A stretch of DNA of 64,000 bases, taken from positions 672,001 through 736,000 of the forward strand of contig CAWIGG010000004.1 in the NCBI GenBank assembly GCA_963835575.1, given 5' to 3'. The first letter of the stretch is position 1. Each line of letters opens with the position of its first letter. This DNA is from an uncultured Spirochaetota bacterium (GTDB lineage Bacteria > Spirochaetota > Brevinematia > Brevinematales > JAOACQ01). The notes under the pieces were generated by a model. The model worked only from the letters and a program-made list of their open reading frames with translations, was not told the origin of the DNA and did not search any database. Below, piece by piece: positions 30,618-41,001 of the stretch. The translations under genes were made by a program, and so were the position numbers.

Positions 30618-31120
30618 CTCTTTTTTACCCGGGCTTCCAGTTCTTTTTTCAGCTCTTCAATATTTTTGACACCGATGACCGTATCGTTTCTCCTGCGGTC
30701 GATGGACTGATTGGCGAGCTTCCGGCTCCAGCCTTCGGCGTATTCGCAGGCGATAATGGGTTTATTATATGCCCAGGCATAGGCTATTTCGGAAAGAGTA
30801 CCTGAACCGCCGCCGACAACGACTACTATATCAGCGGAAAGGACATTCATGGAGTTACGGGCATAACCGATCCCGGTGGCGATGGCAACAGTTTCATATT
30901 CATTTCCTTCATTGACATCTTCACTGGGCAATAAAGAAATAATAAGCCCCTTATTCTCCATCGCCCCTTTTGAGGACGCGGCCATAACGCCCTGCCTGCC
31001 GCCGGTGATGAGGGCCCAGCCCTTCCCGGCTATATATTTACCGATTTCATAGGCTATCCGGTTATTCTGTTCTATCTCTTCGCTGTCGCCTATGAGTGTA
31101 ATCTGGATTTTTCTATTCAT
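30614..31120 (-). CDS. LOG-like Rossmann-fold protein (TIGR00725 type)
   Basis: ITGGRQGVM, TGIGYARN and GGGSGTLSEIAYA. Confidence 0.85.
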   Translation of the reverse strand: MNRKIQITLIGDSEEIEQNNRIAYEIGKYIAGKGWALITGGRQGVMAASSKGAMENKGLIISLLPSEDVNEGNEYETVAIATGIGYARNSMNVLSADIVVVVGGGSGTLSEIAYAWAYNKPIIACEYAEGWSRKLANQSIDRRRNDTVIGVKNIEELKKELEARVKKR

Positions 31121-31122
31121 AA

Positions 31123-33132
31123 TTATCGATCCTTCACTTTTCTTAAAATGACAAATTCATTTGAATACAGTGTAAATACTTTTTTCCTTTTCAGCGGATG
31201 GTCTTTTGAAATGTCGACAAAATCGCCGTTTCCAAGGAACTGGGTCAGGTCGATCTGGATATTCTTTTCGGAATTATTTATGAAAATTGTCAATTTATCG
31301 AAATGATTAAAGCGCTCAAAACCTATAACACTTTCCTGAGAAAAGAAGAAGCGTATGTCTCCGTCTGAAAGGACATGATTATCCATTCTAATCCGGATCA
31401 TTGTTTTGTAAAAATTGAGAACATCTTTATCCCATTTTTCCTCATTCCATTCCATAAAGCGGCGGTTATCCGGATCATGGCCGCCTTCCATTCCGTTCTC
31501 CTCGCCGTAATAAATCATCGGGATGCCGAGGAAGGTAAATTGAAAAGCTACTGCCAGTTTAAGGCGGTTGATATCTTTTTCCACGATTGAATAAAACCGG
31601 GGAGTATCATGGCTCGATAACAGATTCAGCATGACAAAATTAGCCTGCATGGGATAATCAAAAAGCTGACGGCCCAGTTCTATTACAAAATTCTCGGCGG
31701 ACATCTTTTTCCGGGCAAAAAATTCGACACAAGCGTCCCTGAAGCGGTAATTCACTACTGAGTCGAATTCATCGCCTTTAAGCCATTGGCTGCCGTTCTG
31801 CCATATTTCTCCGGCTAAAAATGCCTCGGGATTGATGGACTTGACTGCGGAACGGAATTCCTTCCAGAAGGAATGGTCTATTTCGTTAGGTATATCCAGA
31901 CGCCAGCCTGACGCTCCCCTCTTGAGCCAGTTCCCGGCTATTTCCAGTATATATGATTTAACTTCAGGGTTCTGCATATTCAGCTTAGGCAGGGAGGGAA
32001 ATCCCCACCAGCATTCATAATTCGGCTTTCCTTTTTCAATCAGAGGGAAATTTTTAACAATATACCAGTCTTTATACCGTGATGAAGCCCCGTTTTTTTC
32101 TAAATCTTTAAAAGCGAAGAACTGAGTTCCGGTATGGTTGAATACTCCGTCCAGAATTAAATTCATATAATTCTCTTCAAGGGCTTTTATCAGCTTGTGA
32201 AAGACTTCCAGTGTGCCGAAATGCGGGTCAATTTTTTTATAATCGGCTGTATCGTATTTATGCGGCGACGGCGCTTCAAAGATTGGATTCAGATAGAGAG
32301 CATTGATATGGAGTTTTTTCAGATAATCAATTTTTTGAATGATGCCGTCAAGATCGCCTCCATAGTATGAGTCCGAAGATGGCAGATTATCAGGCGAAAG
32401 GGCATTTTCCGGATCTGTTTTTTTATTCCCGTTAAAAAACCTGTCGGGAAATATCTGATAAAACAGGGATTTTTTTACCCATTCCGGGCTTTGCAAAGGC
32501 GGGATACTGCGGTGTTTGTATTCAAAGCTGGCCACTTCCCATTCCGATTCCACGACACCGTTAGTGCCGAAATACATAGAGCCGCCGGTTTTTTTTTCAA
32601 GTTCAAAATAATAAAGGCAATTGTCAATTGAAAAGGCGTTTTGAAATTTAAAAATATAATGAGAATAAACCTGATTATTGTAAATGAGAAAACCGGGAAC
32701 GGCCTGCGGGACGTCATGGATCAAAATGATCAATTGAACTTGAGAATATTTCGTTTTATTGACAGAAGCCTTGATATAAACGGTATCGCTTGTAAATATA
32801 TCGATATCCTGCAGGCTGTGATAGGCGTCATTTTTCATCTGCGCCTGGCCGACGATTAGATAGGAATAGGAATGCCGGTCTTTTTTGATGAGTATCGGAT
32901 TATACGGGTCTAAATGGGATTTGGAGCCGTCAACAAGAAAGTGATAAGCGTATTCACCTGAGGGCAGTTCCGTATAAGTTTTCCAGATATTGCCGTCGCC
33001 GGATTTTTCAAGCGGGATCTTATTCTTCTGCCAGCCGGTAAAATCGCCGACGACTTCAACGCTTTCGGTCTGGTAATGAGCGTTAAACCGGAGTAAAATC
33101 TGGTATTTTTCTTCCATGAAAAAAAACTCCAT
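31123..33132 (-). CDS. GH13 alpha-amylase / neopullulanase-like glycosidase with an N-terminal carbohydrate-binding module
   Basis: VEVVGDFTGW...GEYAYHFLVDG; YQIFPDRF, GGDLDG, DGVFNH, GWRLD, GEIW and SHD. Confidence 0.92.
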   Translation of the reverse strand: MEFFFMEEKYQILLRFNAHYQTESVEVVGDFTGWQKNKIPLEKSGDGNIWKTYTELPSGEYAYHFLVDGSKSHLDPYNPILIKKDRHSYSYLIVGQAQMKNDAYHSLQDIDIFTSDTVYIKASVNKTKYSQVQLIILIHDVPQAVPGFLIYNNQVYSHYIFKFQNAFSIDNCLYYFELEKKTGGSMYFGTNGVVESEWEVASFEYKHRSIPPLQSPEWVKKSLFYQIFPDRFFNGNKKTDPENALSPDNLPSSDSYYGGDLDGIIQKIDYLKKLHINALYLNPIFEAPSPHKYDTADYKKIDPHFGTLEVFHKLIKALEENYMNLILDGVFNHTGTQFFAFKDLEKNGASSRYKDWYIVKNFPLIEKGKPNYECWWGFPSLPKLNMQNPEVKSYILEIAGNWLKRGASGWRLDIPNEIDHSFWKEFRSAVKSINPEAFLAGEIWQNGSQWLKGDEFDSVVNYRFRDACVEFFARKKMSAENFVIELGRQLFDYPMQANFVMLNLLSSHDTPRFYSIVEKDINRLKLAVAFQFTFLGIPMIYYGEENGMEGGHDPDNRRFMEWNEEKWDKDVLNFYKTMIRIRMDNHVLSDGDIRFFFSQESVIGFERFNHFDKLTIFINNSEKNIQIDLTQFLGNGDFVDISKDHPLKRKKVFTLYSNEFVILRKVKDR

Positions 33133-33375
33133 TTAGATAAGGGTTAATTATACAAAAAAGATAAAAGAATGGCAAATTTGAAGAGGTTCTGATAAAGCCG
33201 GTATGATTACTTAATGCTTTTGGTAATATTACCGGTATTATCAAGCAAATTATCCAGATCGAATTGATTACTAAATACTGGCAAACTAATGAGGACTGAA
33301 TTAAAATATTATTTGATATTTTGAATGGAAAATATTTTAAAATAACCTGGCTTGATTGCGATTACGGGAGGTTAT

Positions 33376-33930
33376 ATGAACCGTCTCAAATTAATTATTT
33401 TGGCTTTATTTCTTGTTTTGACCTCAGCGGAACTTCAATTTTCTTCAACAAATGATTTTAAAATAATAACAGGAGATAATTTTAAATTCGGCATTAATGA
33501 GCCTTCGAATTGGACATGTTTTACAGAAGACGCCTATAAATACAAACTGAACGCTTATTTTTGTCTGAGAAACTATAAATATAAGTCCACGCCGGTTATT
33601 ATGTACATTACTATCCATGGAAAATATAATCACAGCATAAATGAACTCTTGAAAAGAGATATGGAAGGCTTCAAGAAGTCATATGATGATATCAAATTCA
33701 TCGATTTTAATATTGGGACGATTCAGTACAATTATGCCTCAAAAATATATTTGATGAATGATAAAGACACGGATTTTCTGTTTTATATTGATCCCGGTGA
33801 AAAGCTGAATTTATTTACACTCCTGGTTCTGAGCGGGCCGAAAAAAAAGTGCGAGCAATATACAAATGATTTTGTTAATCTGATAAAATCATTTGTATGG
33901 TATAATGATGATTCTGGAACAAATGATTGA
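33376..33930 (+). CDS. Exported hypothetical protein
   Basis: RBS GGAGG and signal peptide MNRLKLIILALFLVLTSA. Confidence 0.65.
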   Translation: MNRLKLIILALFLVLTSAELQFSSTNDFKIITGDNFKFGINEPSNWTCFTEDAYKYKLNAYFCLRNYKYKSTPVIMYITIHGKYNHSINELLKRDMEGFKKSYDDIKFIDFNIGTIQYNYASKIYLMNDKDTDFLFYIDPGEKLNLFTLLVLSGPKKKCEQYTNDFVNLIKSFVWYNDDSGTND

Positions 33931-33965
33931 TGATAAAAAATAATTATTAAAGAAGTAAACTATTT

Positions 33966-34571
33966 ATGGAAAGGATTAAAAGAAAAGATTTATCTACAGC
34001 CGCAAATAAATTCGCCCTGTCGATGGGTAATGACCCTCTTCATGTCTATTTTTTTCCGGATGCGGGCACAAGGAAAAAGAAAATAAAAGCCCTTTATTCA
34101 TTTATTTTAAAAAGCCGGTTCAATTCGGTTTATACGACATCATCGAGCCTGGAAGGAATAGCTGTCTGGGAAAACCCGCAGCATAATAATTTTAGAGAAA
34201 TTTTTAATGTTTCGATCATCGATGGGATAAATATGGTTTTTACAATTGGATTAAAAACTATCATTAAGATGATGCGATATGAATTTTGGGCGGTCAAACA
34301 AAGAAAAGAAATAATGACTGGGCCATACTGGTATCTATTTGTCATAATTGTTGATCCGGCGTTTCAAGGCAAAGGCTTTGCAAGCTGTCTTATGCGGCCG
34401 GTTTTAGAGGAAGCGGATAAAAACAATGAAAAATGCTTCCTTGAAACACAGAACATTAAAAATGTACCGATATACGAGAAATTCGGATTCAGGATCATTA
34501 GAGAAAAAAAGATGCTTCATACGGAACTGGCACATTATTGCATGATGAGACAAGAACAAGAAAATATATAA
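33966..34571 (+). CDS. GNAT-family N-acetyltransferase
   Basis: WYL..IIVDPAFQGKGFAS; LET...NVPIYEKFGF. Confidence 0.88.
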   Translation: MERIKRKDLSTAANKFALSMGNDPLHVYFFPDAGTRKKKIKALYSFILKSRFNSVYTTSSSLEGIAVWENPQHNNFREIFNVSIIDGINMVFTIGLKTIIKMMRYEFWAVKQRKEIMTGPYWYLFVIIVDPAFQGKGFASCLMRPVLEEADKNNEKCFLETQNIKNVPIYEKFGFRIIREKKMLHTELAHYCMMRQEQENI

Positions 34572-34586
34572 ACAAAGGAACGTTTT

Positions 34587-35561
34587 ATGAGTAATATTTT
34601 AAAAACACTCTTTAACCGGAAAGTCGGCCTTGTCCTCGGAAGCGGCGGCGCGAAGGGGATAGCGCACATAGCCGTCATTGAATATCTGAACAGCCTTGAG
34701 ATACCCATCGATATGATTTGCGGTTCCAGCATCGGCGCGCTCATTGGGGCATTATATTGCGTCGGTTCCATGGATAATTTTAAAAGGGACCTTCTGGCCA
34801 TACCCGTATCCCGGTATTCTGAATTTTTTGATCCCATCCTGCCGGTTTCCGGGCTTCTCAGTGCAGAAAAAATCATGAATTTCCTGAAGAATTATATCCC
34901 TGAGAATATGAATATAGAAAAACTGCGGATCCCATTCCGGATCGTATCGACGGATTATTACATAGGCTATCCTGTGATTTTCGACTCGGGGAATATTTTA
35001 GAGGCCGTCCGCTCGAGCATTTCTATACCCGGCATCTTTAAACCCGTACGCTTTAATGATACAATATTGGTTGACGGGGGTGTCGCCAATCCTCTTCCTA
35101 TAGATGTTGTGAATGAAATGGGAGCGGGGATAACAATTGCCGTCAATCTGCACCCATCCGTAAAAAGGAAAGAAGTCAAGGAGAAAAATAAAGAGATAAT
35201 AAAGGATGATGAAAACAGGAAAAAAAACAGGATTGATCTATTTATTGATAAAGCGAAATCAATAGCTTCTTTCAAAACGAATGATTGGCTGAAACTATTT
35301 ATGAATGCCCTGGGTAATATTAAAAACGAGGAAAAGCTGCCCAATATTTTTGATATAATATCACAATCCATTGATATAATGGGTTACACGAACACGAAGC
35401 AGATGCTTCAATACAATCCGCCGACAGTTCTGATTGAACCTGCCCTTCTTCATCTTAATTCTCTGGAATTTAACCGTGCGGACGAGGCCTTAAAAGAAGG
35501 CCAGAAAGCCTGCGACGGCGTTAAATCGAAGCTTCTCCAGAGGGTCAAAATGCGGCTCTAA
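34587..35561 (+). CDS. Patatin-like phospholipase (RssA type)
   Basis: LGSGGAKGIAHI, GSSIG nucleophile elbow and DGG. Confidence 0.92.
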   Translation: MSNILKTLFNRKVGLVLGSGGAKGIAHIAVIEYLNSLEIPIDMICGSSIGALIGALYCVGSMDNFKRDLLAIPVSRYSEFFDPILPVSGLLSAEKIMNFLKNYIPENMNIEKLRIPFRIVSTDYYIGYPVIFDSGNILEAVRSSISIPGIFKPVRFNDTILVDGGVANPLPIDVVNEMGAGITIAVNLHPSVKRKEVKEKNKEIIKDDENRKKNRIDLFIDKAKSIASFKTNDWLKLFMNALGNIKNEEKLPNIFDIISQSIDIMGYTNTKQMLQYNPPTVLIEPALLHLNSLEFNRADEALKEGQKACDGVKSKLLQRVKMRL

Positions 35562-35638
35562 ACCGGATAAGCCAGAAACCGCCTTCTTGATTTAATTCTT
35601 TATTTTCCTTATCATATTTCATTGAAATTATCTTTAAT

Positions 35639-35665
35639 CACCGCAAAGGCGCAGAGTTCGCAGAG
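35639..35665 (+). repeat. Triplet arm (CGCAAAG/CGCAGAG type)
   Basis: CACCGCAAAGGCGCAGAGTTCGCAGAG; only a decayed partner at ~35678-35706. Confidence 0.6.
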
Positions 35666-35753
35666 ATTAATATTTTATTTGCTGTTGTTGCAGTGTAGCT
35701 GTTGATTACAGAAATGAATATATTGAATATTAAAATAAGTGGAGATGATTATT

Positions 35754-38381
35754 ATGAAGTCTTCTGAGATACGGAAAGCCTTTCTTGATTTTTTTAAAAG
35801 CAAAGGCCATACGATAGTCAAAAGCGCGCCGCTTGTGCCGGACAATGACCCGACGCTGCTATTTACAAATGCCGGGATGAACCAGTTCAAGGATATATTC
35901 CTCGGCACCGGCAAAAGGGATTATGTCCGCGCCGCTGATACTCAAAAGTGCATGCGCGTTTCAGGCAAGCATAATGACCTGGAAGACGTCGGCAAGGATA
36001 CCTATCATCATACCTTTTTCGAGATGCTGGGAAACTGGTCTTTCGGCGATTATTATAAAAAAGAAGCCATCTCCTGGGCATGGGAACTCCTGACCAAGGT
36101 CTGGAAGCTTCCCAGGGACAAGCTTTTCGCGACGGTGCATCATACCGATGATGAAGCCTTCGGTATATGGAGCGATGTTACAGACATAGCAAAAGACCAC
36201 ATCCTTAAATTCGGGGATAAAGACAATTTCTGGGAAATGGGCGCGACAGGACCATGCGGCCCATGTTCTGAGATACATATCGACAGGGGTGAAGCGGCCT
36301 GCGATAAAAAGCATATCAAGGGGCATAAGTGCTCTGTGAATGCCGGCTGCGCGCGGTATATCGAACTCTGGAACCTGGTTTTTATCCAGTATAACCGCAA
36401 TGAAGATACCACTCTTGAAGGGCTGCCCAATAAGCATGTGGATACCGGAATGGGTTATGAAAGGATCGTTTCGGTAGTCCAGGAAAAGTTGTCCAATTAT
36501 GAAACCGATCTGTTTATGCCTCTGATCAAAAAAGTGGAGGAAATGAGCGGCCGGAAATATGAAGAAAAAACAGGAATGCCCATGCGCGTCATCGCGGACC
36601 ACATCCGCGCATTGACATTTTCAATGGCTGATGGGGTTATGCCCTCCAATGAGGGACGCGGCTATGTGGTCCGTAAAATCCTCCGCAGGGCAATACGCTA
36701 CGGCAAGAAGCTCAATTTTACGGAACCGTTTTTAAACCAGCTTGTCGATACGGTCGTGTCCGTAATGGGGGACGCCTTTCCCGAACTTAAGGACCGGGCC
36801 AAGATGGTCAAATCGCTGATTTATTCTGAGGAAGAATCTTTTTTAAAAACGGTAAACAGGGGACTGGATAAATTGAACGAGATGGTGGAAGCGGCCAAAA
36901 AAAGTAAAACCGCAAGCATCAGCGGGGATGAGCTTTTTATACTTTACGACTCGCTCGGCCTGCCGCTGGATTTTATCCAGCATGTGGCGGAAGACGAGGC
37001 CCTGGCGCTGGATATGAAAGGCTTTGAGGCATTGATGGAAAAGCAGAAGGAAAGGGCGCGGGCAAGCTGGAAGGGCGAGGCTTTTGATTTCAAGATTATC
37101 GCCGGCGTTGCCAAGCCCACTGAATACACAGGCGAGGAAAATTATGAGGATAAAGGCACAATACAGCTGATCGTCAAAGGAAACACGCTTGTCGAGACTG
37201 CGTCGGAGAATGATGATATCGTTTTGATTTCCGATAAAACTCCCTTCTATCCCGAAAAGGGCGGCCAGGTGGGCGATGCCGGCGTGGCGGAAAAGGGCGA
37301 GGGGCGGATTGTGATACGGAACACAAAGGTTTTTGAAAATACAATCCTTCATTACGGCCAGGTATTGAACGGCGCTTTCAAATCCGGCGATAAAATCCTG
37401 CTCCGTGTGGATAAAGAAAAAAAAGAAGCGACTGCCCGGAACCATACCGCGACGCATATCATCCACAAGGCTTTAAGGAATGTTATAGGCGAGCATGCGG
37501 CGCAGGCCGGTTCACTGGTCGGCCCGGAAAGGCTCCGTTTTGACTTTACGCATTCCAAGGCATTGACAAAAGAAGAAATAGAAAAAATTGAGAATGAAGC
37601 GAACAGGATCGTCGTGCAGAATCTTCCCGTTGTTTTAAAAAAGATGACAAAAGACGAGGCCGTTAAAAGCGGCGCCGTTGCGATTTTTGAGGAAAAATAC
37701 GGCGATATTGTACGGGTTGTCGAAGTGAGCGGCTATTCGAAGGAACTCTGCGGCGGAACGCATGTCAATAGGAGCGGCGATATCGGGCTGATCAAGATCG
37801 CGGCCGAGAACTCCATTTCGGCCGGGACGAGAAGGCTCGAGGCCGTTACTGGATTGAATTCACTGGAGATGTTCAGAAACTATTATTATAAGGTCAAGGA
37901 AGCCGCCTCTTTTTTAAACACGGATGAGTCCAAGCTGATGGAAAGGCTGGAACAGACAAACGAATCTCTGAAGCAGAAAGATAAAAAAATCGATGAGCTG
38001 AAAGCGAAGCTGGCAAAATCCGGCCTGGATGAGCTGATAAAAAAGGCCGAAAAAATCGGCGGCGCTTCCGTCATCATCGCGAAAACGGATATGGACGCCA
38101 ACGCCATGCTTGCCGCGGGCGATGAATTCAAGGCGAAAGACATCGGCGTGATGTTCCTGATTTCTTCTGCCGCGAAAGACAAAGTAGCGATCACGGCCTG
38201 TGTTTCAAAATCCTATATAGGCAAAATAAAAGCGGGCGACATAGCGCGTGAAACGGCCAAAATAGTCGGCGGCGGCGGCGGCGGAAGGCCGGACCTGGCG
38301 CAGGCCGGCGGCAAGGATGCTTCTAAAATAGATGAGGCATTAAAGACGGCAAAAGAGATGATTGAAAAGGCGTTGAAATAA
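35754..38381 (+). CDS. alaS: Alanine--tRNA ligase
   Basis: TLLFTNAGMNQFK, HHTFFEMLGNWSFGDY, DTGMG.ER, NHTATH, ELCGGTH and GGGGGRPDLAQAGG. Confidence 0.98.
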   Translation: MKSSEIRKAFLDFFKSKGHTIVKSAPLVPDNDPTLLFTNAGMNQFKDIFLGTGKRDYVRAADTQKCMRVSGKHNDLEDVGKDTYHHTFFEMLGNWSFGDYYKKEAISWAWELLTKVWKLPRDKLFATVHHTDDEAFGIWSDVTDIAKDHILKFGDKDNFWEMGATGPCGPCSEIHIDRGEAACDKKHIKGHKCSVNAGCARYIELWNLVFIQYNRNEDTTLEGLPNKHVDTGMGYERIVSVVQEKLSNYETDLFMPLIKKVEEMSGRKYEEKTGMPMRVIADHIRALTFSMADGVMPSNEGRGYVVRKILRRAIRYGKKLNFTEPFLNQLVDTVVSVMGDAFPELKDRAKMVKSLIYSEEESFLKTVNRGLDKLNEMVEAAKKSKTASISGDELFILYDSLGLPLDFIQHVAEDEALALDMKGFEALMEKQKERARASWKGEAFDFKIIAGVAKPTEYTGEENYEDKGTIQLIVKGNTLVETASENDDIVLISDKTPFYPEKGGQVGDAGVAEKGEGRIVIRNTKVFENTILHYGQVLNGAFKSGDKILLRVDKEKKEATARNHTATHIIHKALRNVIGEHAAQAGSLVGPERLRFDFTHSKALTKEEIEKIENEANRIVVQNLPVVLKKMTKDEAVKSGAVAIFEEKYGDIVRVVEVSGYSKELCGGTHVNRSGDIGLIKIAAENSISAGTRRLEAVTGLNSLEMFRNYYYKVKEAASFLNTDESKLMERLEQTNESLKQKDKKIDELKAKLAKSGLDELIKKAEKIGGASVIIAKTDMDANAMLAAGDEFKAKDIGVMFLISSAAKDKVAITACVSKSYIGKIKAGDIARETAKIVGGGGGGRPDLAQAGGKDASKIDEALKTAKEMIEKALK

Positions 38382-38382
38382 A

Positions 38383-38864
38383 ACAGGAAGACGGGAAGGC
38401 ACGAAGAACGGGAAAACGACCGGGGATTAACCACGGAAAACACGGAAATGCATGGAAAGGAACCACAGATTTCACAGATTACACAGATTGATTGCCGGCT
38501 ACGCCTGTATAACAAAGAATATGGTAAAAACACCCTTTATAATTTTATTAAAACTTATATTTTGACCCCAATTGAGCAGGATTGGCAGGATTGATCGGGA
38601 TTTTTAGGATTTAGTTTTATAAAAGCCGCTTTTTGATTTTGCTCGTTGCATGACTTAGACGGAGAGGGTTGGCGGGGAAGGGTTTGGGGTGGTTATTTAA
38701 TTTTCAATTCTTTGTTATTAGCAACTTACCTTATCAAAATAGCTTTCCTGTAATGACTAAACACAAAGGGCACGAAGATCACTAAGAACCACCAAGGGTT
38801 GCCCGCGAATTCACGCGAATAAACGCGAATGGGAAAATTAACAAGAAGATGGGAAGGCGGGAAG
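38383..38864 (+). repeat. Stack of seven short-period (8-10 bp) tandem-repeat arms
   Basis: Arms at 38383-38414, 38430-38457 (CACGGAA), 38462-38489 (CACAGATT), 38574-38611 (CAGGATT), 38761-38796 (CACNAAG), 38801-38830 (CGCGAAT) and 38841-38864. Confidence 0.85.
38497..38690 (+). repeat. Left copy of a ~200-bp unit, inverted relative to 42533-42817
   Basis: Anchors GGCTACGCCT (38497), GACCCCAATTG (38564) and TAGGATTTAGT (38605-38615) recur reverse-complemented, in the same order and spacing, at 42808-42817, 42738-42748 and 42695-42705. Confidence 0.8.
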
Positions 38865-38930
38865 AGTAATAAAATGGACTGATGTTGGGAGAATACCATC
38901 TTTGTTCAGATCAATATCTGCATTATTAAC

Positions 38931-39641
38931 TTATAATTTCATACTCCATTTATAATTAGATAGATTTTCGTTGTCATTTGGTTTTCTAAATACAAATAAA
39001 TGTTCATGCATTATTAAATAAAAACCATAATGTATAGCTTTATTTTCCCATCTTTTTGAATGAACACAATTATGCTGTGCTTTTATTATTTCTTCTTTTA
39101 GAATGAACCCAGATTTTAGAAATCTATCGAGTACATAATATGATATTGGAATATAATGCTGTGATTTACGAGTATCTCCAATTAAAACAGAACAATATTT
39201 ATTTGGCTTCAATACTCTAAACAATTCTTTGGCCACCACTTCTATTTCATCACAAAATTTCTTTAAATTTGAAATTGATGATAAATCATATTTATTTTTT
39301 CCATCAGAATACTTTACTATATTTAAATATGGTGGGTGAACAATTATTAAGTCTATAGAATTATCTTTACATTCAATAATATTACGTGCATCTCCAAGAA
39401 TAACTTTTTGATGTGTTTTTGTTTCAAAATTAAAGTTTAATGCTTCATTTGAAATATCAACAGCTTTTTTATTAATATCAATTCCAATTGCATTTCTGTG
39501 AAGTAATTTTGCCTCAATTAAAGTGGTTCCAGAACCAACCATTGGGTCGAGAATTAATTCATTTTCTTTTGAATATTTTAAAATTAAGTTTCTGGCAATT
39601 TGAGGTGCAAAATTACCCCTGTATTTTGGATTATGATTCAA
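38931..39641 (-). CDS. Amino (N4-C/N6-A) DNA methyltransferase, probably 5'-truncated
   Basis: YRGNFAPQI, LDPMVGSGTT (SAM binding) and DLIIVHPPY (catalytic). Only a TTG start with no RBS, and an in-frame TAA three codons upstream. Confidence 0.8.
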   Translation of the reverse strand: MNHNPKYRGNFAPQIARNLILKYSKENELILDPMVGSGTTLIEAKLLHRNAIGIDINKKAVDISNEALNFNFETKTHQKVILGDARNIIECKDNSIDLIIVHPPYLNIVKYSDGKNKYDLSSISNLKKFCDEIEVVAKELFRVLKPNKYCSVLIGDTRKSQHYIPISYYVLDRFLKSGFILKEEIIKAQHNCVHSKRWENKAIHYGFYLIMHEHLFVFRKPNDNENLSNYKWSMKL

Positions 39642-39670
39642 AAATATTTACAATGACTATTTTAAAAGAA

Positions 39671-39892
39671 TTATTTTATATATTCATTAAATAAGATTTC
39701 ATCTGTATAAAATAGCCCAATTAATATCAATACATCTTTTAATATGTTTTCATCTAAACCAATATTTATTAAATATTCTCTGTTAATTGTGCATTGAGAA
39801 GAACCTGCATTTATTGCTATAGAATATGCTTTAAATTTATCAATTCCCATTTTTTTCAATTTTTTAATTAATAAACATCTTTCATCTTTCAA
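39671..39892 (-). CDS. Hypothetical protein
   Basis: 73 aa, translationally coupled (ATGA-type overlap) to the upstream gene. Confidence 0.6.
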   Translation of the reverse strand: MKDERCLLIKKLKKMGIDKFKAYSIAINAGSSQCTINREYLINIGLDENILKDVLILIGLFYTDEILFNEYIK

Positions 39893-40233
39893 AATAATTT
39901 CCTTTTGTTAAATTCTTCAATGGCATTTTTTAAAGAACCACAAGATAATTTTGCAAGTTCTTCTTTTGACATATTAACTAAATTTTCATGAGATTTTTCA
40001 ATCAAAAACTTATAAAAATAATCATCAGTATTTATTGTTTGAAAAGATTTATCTTCATTAGAAATATCAAAACTAGTAGTATTATAATTTTCATAACTCA
40101 AAACAACATCTTCATTCTTATACAATGCTTTTGCTTGTTGAATAGCTTCTTCTGCAGTATTAGTTTCTATATCTAATATTTTTATTAGTTTTTCTTCTAT
40201 TTCTATTTTATATTTTTGCATAAAATTCCCCAT
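39889..40233 (-). CDS. DpnD/PcfM-like protein
   Basis: KYKIEIEEKLIKILDIET.TAEEAI..AKALYKNEDVVL resembles the DpnD/PcfM pattern. Confidence 0.7.
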   Translation of the reverse strand: MGNFMQKYKIEIEEKLIKILDIETNTAEEAIQQAKALYKNEDVVLSYENYNTTSFDISNEDKSFQTINTDDYFYKFLIEKSHENLVNMSKEELAKLSCGSLKNAIEEFNKRKLF

Positions 40234-40263
40234 TTATTATTTTAGAATAAAAACAATGTTTTT

Positions 40264-41001
40264 TTATAATACAACTTCAACGGTCTCTAATTCAAGTAAT
40301 CTTTCATATTGTTTTATCAATGATTCATATTCTAAAAAATTCACACGAGGTTTAATTTCTTTAAAAACGGAATTAGACAACTTTGTTTCGTATTCATTTC
40401 TTCTTCTTTTATCAGCAACAATCAAAAAACGAACAAAGAAATCTTGTAATTCTGAAAATTTTATAAGAGAATTCTGAATATCAGTGGAATGTTCAATTTC
40501 AAAAAAGGAATTTGGCATCTCTCTTTTATTAAACCAAATTACATCAATAGTCGAACTTTTATCAGTAATTCTTTTATATGAAAAAGAAGGAATATCATTT
40601 AAAGTTCTTAATTCTCCAATAGGTGTTTCAATAAACAATTTGTTTTTATCCTGATTTGGTGCAAATGTATTATATCCTTTCATTTTACCCATTGTTAAGA
40701 TAATACCTTGATAATAAGAATGTGTGAATTCCTGTACTTTTTCAGAATCTTGTTTTCCTTCATTTTCCTCATAAATACCTTTACTTTCAAGATTCTTACG
40801 AAATTTAACCAATCCATATAATCCCGGTTTTATTTTGTAAATTTCTTTTCTTGTTTGAACAATTCGTCTTATACTTGCAAAAGGTGTTTTTGTCCCCCAA
40901 TTGCAATCACTAATTTTCATTGTTTCAATATTTATTTGATTGAGTGTAGCGATGCCATTTAATTTCTCAAGTGCTTCAATAACCGCTTCATGTTGCTTCA
41001 T
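40264..41001 (-). CDS. Winged-HTH plus PD-(D/E)XK-like nuclease (putative restriction endonuclease)
   Basis: N-terminal GIATL..I...W.TKTPFASIRRIVQ (wHTH-like); C-terminal IDVIW...FFEIEHSTD nuclease-like motif. Confidence 0.65.
   Translation of the reverse strand: MKQHEAVIEALEKLNGIATLNQINIETMKISDCNWGTKTPFASIRRIVQTRKEIYKIKPGLYGLVKFRKNLESKGIYEENEGKQDSEKVQEFTHSYYQGIILTMGKMKGYNTFAPNQDKNKLFIETPIGELRTLNDIPSFSYKRITDKSSTIDVIWFNKREMPNSFFEIEHSTDIQNSLIKFSELQDFFVRFLIVADKRRRNEYETKLSNSVFKEIKPRVNFLEYESLIKQYERLLELETVEVVL

Noticed and set aside
35562..35753. T-box leader upstream of alaS
   Set aside because: No T-box consensus or terminator/antiterminator is visible; only a repeat arm.
38213..38533. 106-aa minus-strand ORF with ICVICEICG-like motifs
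   Set aside because: It is a translation of the repeat arms plus the alaS antisense strand, not a credible metal-binding protein.
38383..38864. Possible CRISPR array
   Set aside because: No constant 23-47-bp repeat with unique spacers, each arm has a different core, and there are no cas genes in the window.
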